Shown one piece after another: positions 1 to 9,363 of a DNA stretch of 64,000 bases (its first letter is position 1; the number at the start of each line of letters is the position of its first letter). Under the pieces are notes generated by a model. The model ran no database searches. It had not been told where the DNA came from and saw only the letters and a program-made list of their open reading frames with translations. Source of the stretch: an uncultured delta proteobacterium (GTDB taxonomy: Bacteria; Myxococcota_A; Polyangia; Polyangiales; JAFGIB01); NCBI GenBank assembly GCA_963778655.1, contig CAVZVA010000001.1:1-64000 (forward strand), in the 5' to 3' direction. Made by a program: the position numbers and the translations under genes.

Positions 1-1428
1 GAAACCTTCGATCTGCTTGCTCAGCGCGAACAGCTGGTTGGCGCCGCTGCTCGGATTCTCGCTGATCGCGCGCGCGTTCTGCTTCATCTCACCCCACAGC
101 GAGCTGCCGGGCGCGGCCAGCGTGCGCTCCAGGCGCTCGTCCCAGCGCGCCTTCAACCACTCGCCGAAGCCGCCCGTGACCCGGGGCACGCCGCGCAGCG
201 CCTCGGCCAGCCGGTCCTTGAGCGTGGTCCACAGGTCGCTCTCCCACATGAAGAAGATGGGAAAGATCTGCTGCTCGTAGAGCGCGGGGATCCACTGCGC
301 GGCGGTCTGGGCCGCGGCATCCTCGCCGGTCAGACCGCCGTGCGCGTAGAGCGCCACGTCGATCGGCTTGTTGCCGAGCTTCCAGCGCTCGCGCGCGGTG
401 CGCAGGTGGCAGTCGAGCAGGTGCACCAGGTCGTCGTGGTTGGTGCGAAAGTCGCCGCTTGCGCTGAGCGCCCCGTCCTTGCCCATGTCGACGATGAACG
501 GCGCGATCTCGCGGTTGCGCAGCACCGCCTCGCCGGCCACCACCACGCGCTTGTTGGCGCGCTGCCGCAGCGAAGGCGCGGCCGCGATCTCGAGGTGTTG
601 CTCGGTCACCACGCCGAGCTGCGCCACCCAGCAATCCATCGCGTTCTGCAGCCAGTCCTCGTAGCACAGCGTGGCCAGGCCGCCGTCGCCCCAATCTTTG
701 CCCCACGAGTTGAGCACCAGGAAACCCGCATCGTCGTAGCCGACGATCGCGAAGGCATGACCGCCGTCGCTGGCCAGCGCCTTGCGCGGCGGGATTCGCC
801 AGCGCTTGCGCGCCGACGGCGACAGCCCGCTGCCTTCGTCCCAGCCGGCGTGACAGGCCGCGCTCGCGTACAGCACGCCGACCTCGGTCAGCGCCACGTG
901 CATGTCGGAGACCGAACGGTGATCCACGCGGTAGTAGGCGCCGAGCGGGCGCCTGGCCGCGTCCGGCCACCAGTCCTTGCGCGGCGTGGCGCGCGGCGGC
1001 GGCATGGCCAGCGCGGTCCACAGCGACGAGGCGCACGCGCCGTGCTTGTACCAACCCTTCATGCCGCCGCGCAGGCTCGAGCCCAGGTCGCGGCTTTCGT
1101 CCCCTTTGGGCTGCGGATCGTTGTCGGGGAAGTCGTCGTAGCGCCGCGCCATCGAATACAGCATGAACGGGGAGACCGGCGTCTGGGTCTTGCGCCGCGC
1201 GCCCTGCAGCAGGAAGTCGATCACGGCCGCGAGCGCGAAGCCGGTGCAGGCGCTGGTCTGGCCCTGATCGCGCACCGGCAGCGCGATGCGAGGCTTGCGC
1301 TCGGCCAGCGAGTCGAGGCGAGCGGGCGGGCGCGCGTGGATCGCGGGCTGGTACAGCCGGTCGCGCAGGTCGAGTCGGTCGGGCACGACGTTGCGGCGGA
1401 ACGGCAGCTTGCGGCGGGCTGTGGGCAT
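1..1428 (-). CDS. Papain-like C1 cysteine peptidase fused to a probable alpha/beta-hydrolase-like domain (3' end runs off the window)
   Basis: Hand-translated; absent from the ORF track. ATG 1428 follows AAGGAG. Motifs DQGQTSACTGFA (catalytic Cys), GGHAFAIVGYD (His), LNSWGKDWG (Asn), then VALYAHGGL...FPIFFMWES. Confidence 0.85.
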   Translation of the reverse strand, partial: MPTARRKLPFRRNVVPDRLDLRDRLYQPAIHARPPARLDSLAERKPRIALPVRDQGQTSACTGFALAAVIDFLLQGARRKTQTPVSPFMLYSMARRYDDFPDNDPQPKGDESRDLGSSLRGGMKGWYKHGACASSLWTALAMPPPRATPRKDWWPDAARRPLGAYYRVDHRSVSDMHVALTEVGVLYASAACHAGWDEGSGLSPSARKRWRIPPRKALASDGGHAFAIVGYDDAGFLVLNSWGKDWGDGGLATLCYEDWLQNAMDCWVAQLGVVTEQHLEIAAAPSLRQRANKRVVVAGEAVLRNREIAPFIVDMGKDGALSASGDFRTNHDDLVHLLDCHLRTARERWKLGNKPIDVALYAHGGLTGEDAAAQTAAQWIPALYEQQIFPIFFMWESDLWTTLKDRLAEALRGVPRVTGGFGEWLKARWDERLERTLAAPGSSLWGEMKQNARAISENPSSGANQLFALSKQIEGF

Positions 1429-1582
1429 GGGCGGCTCCTTCGGGCGGCCTCCGGCGCGACGGCGCCGGCAGGGGCGCGATTGTTGCGCGAGCGCGCGCCG
1501 ATGCAAATCATTGAGCGCACGCTGCCGGCGGAGCGGGTCGCTCTCTGGCCTGGGGCAGGGGTTCGGTGCTAAGCCAGGGAGC

Positions 1583-2338
1583 ATGCCCACGGGGTCCTTG
1601 CGAGCGGAACGGCAGGGGGAGCCGGAGGCGAGCACGGCGCTGGTGCCGCTCTCCTTTGCGCTGCGCGACAAGGTGTACGTGGTGATCGCCGCCTACAACG
1701 AGGCCGCGGCCATCGGCCACGTGGTGGGCGAGCTGCGCGCGGTCTGTCCCCACGTCGTGGTCGTCGACGACGGCTCGGCAGACGAAACCTGGCAGCAGGC
1801 GCGCGCGGCGGGCGCAGTCGTCTTGCGGCACCTGCTCAATCGCGGCCAGGGGGCCGCGCTGCAGACCGGCATCAGCTACGCGCTCGAGCAGGGCGCCGAG
1901 GTGATCGTCACCTTCGACGCCGACGGTCAGCACCGGCCGCAGGACATCCCGCCGCTGGTCGCCCCGATCGCGGCCGGCGAGGTCGACATCTGTCTGGGCT
2001 CGCGCTTCCTGGAACACGCCGATTCGGTGCCGCTCGGGCGACGCATCATGCTGATCGGCGCGATCGTGTTCACGCGCTTGACCTCGGGGCTCAAGCTCAG
2101 CGACGCGCACAACGGCTTGCGGGCGTTCTCGCGGCGCGCGGCCGAGCGCTTCGACATCCAGCTCGACCGCATGGCGCACGCCAGCGAGCTGATCGATCAG
2201 GTGCGGAGCTCCGGGCTGCCCTACCGCGAGGTCCCGGTGCAGATCCGCTACACCGATTACTCGCTGGCCAAGGGCCAGCGCTCCACCGCTGCGCTGCGCG
2301 TGGCGGTCGATTATCTGATCGGGAGACTGCTGCGATGA
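1583..2338 (+). CDS. GT2 glycosyltransferase, DPM1/polyprenyl-phosphate sugar synthase-like
   Basis: VVIAAYNE, VVVDDGSAD, NRGQGAA, TFDADGQH, GSRF motifs; start approximate. Confidence 0.9.
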   Translation: MPTGSLRAERQGEPEASTALVPLSFALRDKVYVVIAAYNEAAAIGHVVGELRAVCPHVVVVDDGSADETWQQARAAGAVVLRHLLNRGQGAALQTGISYALEQGAEVIVTFDADGQHRPQDIPPLVAPIAAGEVDICLGSRFLEHADSVPLGRRIMLIGAIVFTRLTSGLKLSDAHNGLRAFSRRAAERFDIQLDRMAHASELIDQVRSSGLPYREVPVQIRYTDYSLAKGQRSTAALRVAVDYLIGRLLR

Positions 2339-2694
2339 ACGCGTTTCAAGGGCTGGTGCTGGCGCTTTTGTGCGCGCTCTCTTATGCGACCCTGCGCGCC
2401 GCGCTGCGCGGCGGGATCCGCAAGCGCATCGGCGCGTTCTGGATGCTGGTCTGGATCGGCACCGGCATCGGGGTGTTGTGGCCGCGCAGCACGGTGCTGG
2501 CAGCGCGCGCGCTTGGCATCGGCCGTGGCGCCGACCTGGTGCTGTACTGCAGCGTGTTCGCGACGCTGGTCGGCTTCTTCTACATCTACACCCGCTTCCG
2601 CCGCGTCGACCGCGCGCTGACGCTGCTGGTCCGGCGCCTGGCGATCGAGCAGCCCCTGCTGCCCGACAGCCAGCCGCCGGACGGCCACGAATAG
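2335..2694 (+). CDS. DUF2304 small membrane protein (GacJ/Rv3632-like)
   Basis: 119 aa, three hydrophobic segments, LGIGRGADLVLY motif, ATGA overlap with the GT2 gene. Confidence 0.85.
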   Translation: MNAFQGLVLALLCALSYATLRAALRGGIRKRIGAFWMLVWIGTGIGVLWPRSTVLAARALGIGRGADLVLYCSVFATLVGFFYIYTRFRRVDRALTLLVRRLAIEQPLLPDSQPPDGHE

Positions 2695-2776
2695 CGCCGA
2701 CGCAGAAGCTGCCGACAAGCTCGTTGCACCGCCATCCCGGCACGAGGGAGCGCCGCGCCCCCCACGTAGGGTGGGC

Positions 2777-3793
<1,017 letters not shown>

Positions 3794-3942
3794 GCTGCGC
3801 GCGTGAGCGCAGCGAACTGTAGCCGCTGCCCGTGCCTGCGGCAACGGCGCCGCCGCGGTGGCGCAGCGCGACCGACAAGAGAACAATCACGGTCGCATCT
3901 CCCCGCGTCGGCCCTCTGCTTCCCGGCTTGCCGTTGCACCCC

Positions 3943-6858
3943 CTACTTCAGGTCGACGACCTGGGCGTAGAAGCAGAAGTAGCGCTTGCTGACGTTGGGG
4001 GCACGCACCGAAAACATCACGTCGGCGCGGGGGTGCTTGACCTCGCCGAGCGGGACCTTGAACCAGTGCATCTTGTTGTCCGACTGCGTCTGCCCATCGT
4101 AGAGCGACTTGCCCGCAACGGTCACCTGCAGCTCGACCGGGCGCCGCTTGTACATCAGGCGGCCGGCGCGCTCGATGCCGTAGTACCCGATGATCGCCTG
4201 GCCCATCGGCACTCTCGGGTAGGTGATGTTGAGAACCGCGTTCTTCTCCGGCCGCGCCCGGATGCAGCGCACCATCGTGTACTCCTTGATCGTGGCCGGG
4301 CTGCTGGCGACATAGCGCTCGTTGTCGAGGTTGCCCTCCTCGTCGCGGCAGACCAGGTGGTCGCCCTGCGGCAGGCACGGCTGGCGCGCGCGCGGATAGG
4401 CGATATCGGCGCTCGCCTGCGAGAGTTGCTCGAGGAAGTCGTAGCGCACCCGGCGCACCCGCATCGGCCCCAGCTCCTGGGGCTCGAGCGCGGGACGCCA
4501 CAGCGCGAGCCCGACGCCCAGCCCGAGCAGGCCCGCGCTCAGCAGCCACAGCAGGAGCAAGCGGCGGCGGTGCCAGCGCGGATCGGAGAGGCGGTCGAGC
4601 AGCGCGCCGATCGCGTCGAAGGCGCGCCGCAGCCAGCGGGTGCCGCGCAGGTCGCGGTCGGAGAGCGCGAACAGACCGCACAGCAGCATGCCGAAGAAAC
4701 CGAGCGGCACGGCCAGGCGATCGCCTAGCGTCGGCGTGAACACGAAGCGGTAGCGCCCCGGGTACAGCTTGACCGTCATGAAGCCGGTGGTGTCGGGGGC
4801 CTCGCGCAGGTAGGTGATCGAGATCGGCACCTCATGCCCATCGTGATACGCGCGCCAGCGCGAGAAGTAGCTGACGTTGAGGCGCAGCTTGCCCCGCGCG
4901 CCAGGCCCGGCCCGCAGCGCGATCTGCTCGTCGTCGAAGCGCTCGAGCTTGACCTCGCCGTGACCGTCGATCACCTCGAACGGCCGCGGCTGCCAGCGCT
5001 TGAAACGGTAGACGCCGTAAATGCCGAAGTGCGCCACCGGTTCCCAGTCGTCGGCGGGCAGGAAGACCTTGGAGATCGCGAAGCGCAGGTTGATCGCCTC
5101 GAGGATCGCGGGATCCCGCTCGTGCATCTGATAGATGAAGTCGGAGGCCGGGGTGAACCCGCGCTTGTAGATCGGCCGGCCGATCTCGGTGCCGAAATCC
5201 ATCAGCTCGTGGTTGTGGCCCATGAAGATGCCGACGCGGTAGAAGCCGTCCTTGGGCAGCGAGCGCAGCAGCCACCGCTCGAGCGCGCGGCGGTCCTGCA
5301 GATAGGGCCGGTCCGACTCGGTGACCATGGACTTGGCGACGTGCCGGGTCCAGAACGCCTGCGCGGCGGGCACCAGGACCGGGAGTGTCAGCAGGGCGAT
5401 GGTGCCGGCCAGCAACGCAGAGGTCGCGTAGCTCTCGCCGTGCCGTTCGCGGGCCTGCGCGCTGGGGCGGAGCACCAGTCCACGCGCGTGTGACAACGCG
5501 GTGACCGCGAAATACGCCGCGAGCACGAACCAGAACGGCTTGACCGTGGTCGAGAGGCGGATGAACTGCACCTTGCTGAACGCAGCCAGCAGCATCGGCA
5601 GGTGCAGCTCGTCGACGAAGGTTGCGTTGCTGACCGCGGGAATGCACAGCGCCATCAGCGCGGTGAGCAGCAGCAGGAAGCGGCGCGTCCGCAGCATCAC
5701 CACGATCGCGAGCACTCCGAATGCCAGCACGTAGCCGAGCGTGCCGGGTAGCGCCTTGAGCTGCAGCAAGCCCTTGCCCATCTCGTAGGTGGAGTCCCAC
5801 CACACGCCCATGGCGTTGGTCTCGCTGCGCGAGCTCAGGAACGGAATCAGCCACAGGCTGGACACCAGCAGCGAGAGCGCATAGGCGCAGAGCAGCCGGA
5901 AGGTCGCGCTCGCGGCGCGCACGCCCTCGGCGAATCCGGCGGCGAGCGCAGTGGCCAAGAGCAACAGCGCCAGCACGATCAGCTGGATCGGGTGGCAGAT
6001 CACCGACAGGCCCATCCACAGGCCGAAGGCGCCAATCGGCGCGAGCGTACGGCGCTCCACGATGCCCGGTAGGCTGCACAGCGCGAGCAGCCCGAAATTG
6101 AGCGCCAGGCTTTGCGGCCACACGCCGTAGTCGACGGTGTACTCCCAGCCGCCCATGCGGAAGTCGGACAGATCGGTCAGGCACAGGATGGCCGAGAGCA
6201 GGCCGACCCAGGGGCCGCCGACCAGCCGCCCGAAGCGGTAGAGCGCCAGCCCGGTGAAGATGTGGAACAGCCAGAACGCGACCGCGTAGGACTCGCTGAA
6301 GCGCAGCCAGCCGAAGGACAGCGCCGACACGGCGTTGACCCAGAGATCGGCGCCCGGCGGGTAGAGGTAGTTCACCGGATAGCCGGCGAACCAGCGGTGG
6401 CTCCAGCCGTAGAGCTTGAAGCGCGGCAGGAAGTGCTTGTGGAGCTGCCACGCCTTGAAGTAGTGGATGGTGTGGTCGTGGCTGACCGGCCGCTCGCCGT
6501 TGGTGATCTCCGACATCATCACGCTGGCGATCACCACGACCACCGTCACGCAGGCGAGGTCCACGATGACGGGCAGCGGCACGATCTCGCGGCCGAGCAC
6601 GCGGCGCGGGCGCCGCAGCCACTCGACCAGCGCGCGCCGCTCGCCCTCGAAGGCACGCCATAGCAGGGTCAGCGCCGAGGCCAGCAGCGCGCCGCCGAAC
6701 CACCACAGCGGCGTGTCCCCCAGCAGCAGCACGCCGGCGGCGACCAGTAGCAGGACCGCCGCGATCGGAGCGCCGCCGCGCGCGAGCAGGCGCGCGCGCA
6801 GCACGCCTGCGCGCGCGCGTTCACGAGACTGCTCGGTTGCGCTGCGCCCGGCATCCAT
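3943..6858 (-). CDS. Large polytopic GT-C-like membrane protein (PTPS-related/YfhO-like) with a C-terminal extracytoplasmic domain
   Basis: Many TM segments; first loop HDHTIHY...GWSHRWFAGYP..YLYPP; YfhO-like LNVSYFSRWRAY..G..V near the C-terminus. Confidence 0.7.
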   Translation of the reverse strand: MDAGRSATEQSRERARAGVLRARLLARGGAPIAAVLLLVAAGVLLLGDTPLWWFGGALLASALTLLWRAFEGERRALVEWLRRPRRVLGREIVPLPVIVDLACVTVVVVIASVMMSEITNGERPVSHDHTIHYFKAWQLHKHFLPRFKLYGWSHRWFAGYPVNYLYPPGADLWVNAVSALSFGWLRFSESYAVAFWLFHIFTGLALYRFGRLVGGPWVGLLSAILCLTDLSDFRMGGWEYTVDYGVWPQSLALNFGLLALCSLPGIVERRTLAPIGAFGLWMGLSVICHPIQLIVLALLLLATALAAGFAEGVRAASATFRLLCAYALSLLVSSLWLIPFLSSRSETNAMGVWWDSTYEMGKGLLQLKALPGTLGYVLAFGVLAIVVMLRTRRFLLLLTALMALCIPAVSNATFVDELHLPMLLAAFSKVQFIRLSTTVKPFWFVLAAYFAVTALSHARGLVLRPSAQARERHGESYATSALLAGTIALLTLPVLVPAAQAFWTRHVAKSMVTESDRPYLQDRRALERWLLRSLPKDGFYRVGIFMGHNHELMDFGTEIGRPIYKRGFTPASDFIYQMHERDPAILEAINLRFAISKVFLPADDWEPVAHFGIYGVYRFKRWQPRPFEVIDGHGEVKLERFDDEQIALRAGPGARGKLRLNVSYFSRWRAYHDGHEVPISITYLREAPDTTGFMTVKLYPGRYRFVFTPTLGDRLAVPLGFFGMLLCGLFALSDRDLRGTRWLRRAFDAIGALLDRLSDPRWHRRRLLLLWLLSAGLLGLGVGLALWRPALEPQELGPMRVRRVRYDFLEQLSQASADIAYPRARQPCLPQGDHLVCRDEEGNLDNERYVASSPATIKEYTMVRCIRARPEKNAVLNITYPRVPMGQAIIGYYGIERAGRLMYKRRPVELQVTVAGKSLYDGQTQSDNKMHWFKVPLGEVKHPRADVMFSVRAPNVSKRYFCFYAQVVDLK

Positions 6859-6868
6859 AGTGGCAGCA

Positions 6869-9157
6869 TCAGGGCGGAAGCAGGCGCCTCGGCGCCGCGG
6901 CAAGCTTGCGCTCGTCCTCGTCGAGCTCGTAGGTCAACAACGCGAGTTGCTGCTTCATGCTCACGAGCACTTGCCTGCGCGCGGGGTCGTCCGCCAGATT
7001 CCGCGTCTCATAGTAGTCCTTGCGCCAGTCGTATAGCTCGAAGGTGCCGCGCTTGCGATCGCGAATCAAGTTGTAGCGGTCGCTGCGCAAGCTGATCTGC
7101 TCGAGCGGGTCGGTGTTCTCCCAGCGGCGTTCCTCCAGGAAGAACTCGTGCAGCAGGCGGTCCTGGCGCGAGCTGCGCCCCTGCAGCAGCTCGGGCAGCA
7201 GGCTGGCGCCCTCGAACGTCTTGGGTACGGGCAGGCGCAGCAGATTGACGATGGTGGGCGCGATGTCCATCGTGCTCACGATCTGGTCGCGGCGTTGCAC
7301 CCGCACCGCGGGACCGTGAACGATCAAGGGCACGTGCAGCACCACCGTGGTCAGGTCGTAGCCGTAGTTGAGCTTGGTGTGGCGCGGCGCCTCGAACGCG
7401 ATGCCGTGGTCGCCGGTGACGAACAGCAGCGGCTGGCGCCCGGGCTCGGCCTCGATTCCCGCGAGCAGGCGGCCGACCTCGCGGTCGACCAGCCGCAGCT
7501 CGGCGTCGTACAGGTCCCGCAGCTGGTGGCCGAAGCTGGGCACGCCTTCGGGCTGCTCGTGCGGTGAGTGGGCGTCGTAATAGTGCACCCACAGAAAGAG
7601 CGGGCGCCTGCGCGGCTTGCGCAGCACGGTGAGCGCGGCGTCGGTGACGGCGGCGCTGTTGTGCCTGCCGGGCGCGGTGATCGGCGACTCGACCACGCGT
7701 TCGAAACCGGCGGTGAGCGAGCCCCAGTGGCTGCGTGAAAAGTAAGCGTTGGGCAATACCGCCACGGTCTCGTAGCCGGCGCCGTGCAGGTATTCGGCCA
7801 GCAGCAGCTCGGAATCCTCGATCGGGAAAGGATGCCCGCCGACCAAGCGCTTGCGGATCTGGCTGTCCCAGCGCGAGGTGAACAGCGAGGGAAAGGAGAG
7901 GCGTGTCGAGGGCCCCTGGCTGAAGCAGTAACGGAAGAAGCTCGAGCGCTTGGCGAACGCATCGAGCTCCGGCGTGACGGTGCGGGCATAGCCCAGGGCC
8001 TGCATGTGCCCGGCGGCGAAGGTGTCGATGGTGATCAGCACCACCGACGGCCGCAGCGGAAAGGCCGCCGGCACCGGCCAGTCGCGCCGCACGTGCAGGC
8101 CCATCTGCTTGTCATTGAGGTCGACCCCGTCGCAATCCTGGTCGATGCCGTCGTTGGGGATGTCCATCGCGGCCGGATTGACCCGCGCGTCGAACGGCCC
8201 GCAGTCGCCGCCGCCGAACATCCCGAGATAGCCGTCGCGATCGAAGTCCAGGGCGAATGCGGCCGCCGCGTAGCCGACGCGGCCGGCCAGCGTGCCGTAG
8301 ACGGCCTGCTTGGCCACCTCCGCGTGCGGGTCGAGCGTGACCAGCGTGCCAACCGCGGCGACCAGCACGGACGCGAACAGCACGCGCTCGAGCTGGCGGA
8401 ATACGGAAAAGCGGGCAGCGAGCACGAGCACGATCGCGGTCAGCGCGGCCGCCAGCGCGAGCACCGCGAGGTTGCGCCAGGGCAGAAACGAGAGCGTGTC
8501 CCAGTACAGCAGCAGCAGCAGCGCGACCGCAGCAAACGCGAGCGCGGCGCCGAGCACCAGCACGCGGCCCGCGCTGGCGAAGGGCCAGCGCACGCCGGGA
8601 TAACGGCCGGCGGCGCGGGCGAACAGAATGCCGGCGTTGCGCGCCGCGGGATAGAGCGCGAGCGCCAGCGCCACACACAACAGCTGCGCGGCGACGATGG
8701 TGATGGCGGCGAAGTGGGGGCGCACCATGCCGATCACGATCCGCCGCGTGAGCACGAACGCGAGCCCGGCGAACAGAAGCAGCGGCGGGCCGAGCCCGAG
8801 CAGCGCCCCGACCCGCTGCTGCTGCTGCGCGCCCGGATCGCCCTGCCACAGCCAGCGCCACACGCGCGTGCGCCACGCGACCGGTTCGTCACCCGACAGC
8901 GGCAGCGCGGCCAGCGCGCGCAGCCCACCCAGCGCCACGCCCGCCGCCAATCCGAGCAACAGCGCGAGCCCGAGGCCCGCCAACAGGCCGCGCGCGGGCG
9001 CCGCACCCGGGACCCCGCTGGCGCGCAGCGTCCAGGCCGCGTCGAGCAACCACGCGAACAAGGCGAAACGCGTGCAGGCGCGCGTGCTCGCGTGCACCGG
9101 ACCGCGCGGAGCTCCAGCCCCGAACAGGCTGGACAGTACCCTCCGCGCTCGTCCCAT
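6869..9157 (-). CDS. Membrane-anchored sulfatase/alkaline-phosphatase-superfamily protein with a MopE-type acidic motif
   Basis: N-terminal TM bundle; DFDRDG and DIPNDGIDQDCDG; LITIDT, STRLSFPSLFTS, WVHYYDAH, GDHG, LHVPLI. Confidence 0.85.
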   Translation of the reverse strand: MGRARRVLSSLFGAGAPRGPVHASTRACTRFALFAWLLDAAWTLRASGVPGAAPARGLLAGLGLALLLGLAAGVALGGLRALAALPLSGDEPVAWRTRVWRWLWQGDPGAQQQQRVGALLGLGPPLLLFAGLAFVLTRRIVIGMVRPHFAAITIVAAQLLCVALALALYPAARNAGILFARAAGRYPGVRWPFASAGRVLVLGAALAFAAVALLLLLYWDTLSFLPWRNLAVLALAAALTAIVLVLAARFSVFRQLERVLFASVLVAAVGTLVTLDPHAEVAKQAVYGTLAGRVGYAAAAFALDFDRDGYLGMFGGGDCGPFDARVNPAAMDIPNDGIDQDCDGVDLNDKQMGLHVRRDWPVPAAFPLRPSVVLITIDTFAAGHMQALGYARTVTPELDAFAKRSSFFRYCFSQGPSTRLSFPSLFTSRWDSQIRKRLVGGHPFPIEDSELLLAEYLHGAGYETVAVLPNAYFSRSHWGSLTAGFERVVESPITAPGRHNSAAVTDAALTVLRKPRRRPLFLWVHYYDAHSPHEQPEGVPSFGHQLRDLYDAELRLVDREVGRLLAGIEAEPGRQPLLFVTGDHGIAFEAPRHTKLNYGYDLTTVVLHVPLIVHGPAVRVQRRDQIVSTMDIAPTIVNLLRLPVPKTFEGASLLPELLQGRSSRQDRLLHEFFLEERRWENTDPLEQISLRSDRYNLIRDRKRGTFELYDWRKDYYETRNLADDPARRQVLVSMKQQLALLTYELDEDERKLAAAPRRLLPP

Positions 9158-9363
9158 CGCCGCCGGAGTATAGCCGAGACGTGCTAGCACGCATTTCACA
9201 AAACCGGGGGCGCCCGGGCCCGGGCCAGGCGGGGCGATGCGAGCCGCTGCGGCATTTCGCCGGCCGGAGCCGCGCCCGGCTTTGCAATTCGGGCCCGCTG
9301 GCGCGACAACGATCGAGGTTACCCGGGCGGGGGACAAGTAGTATGCTCCCGCGCGGTTCGCAG

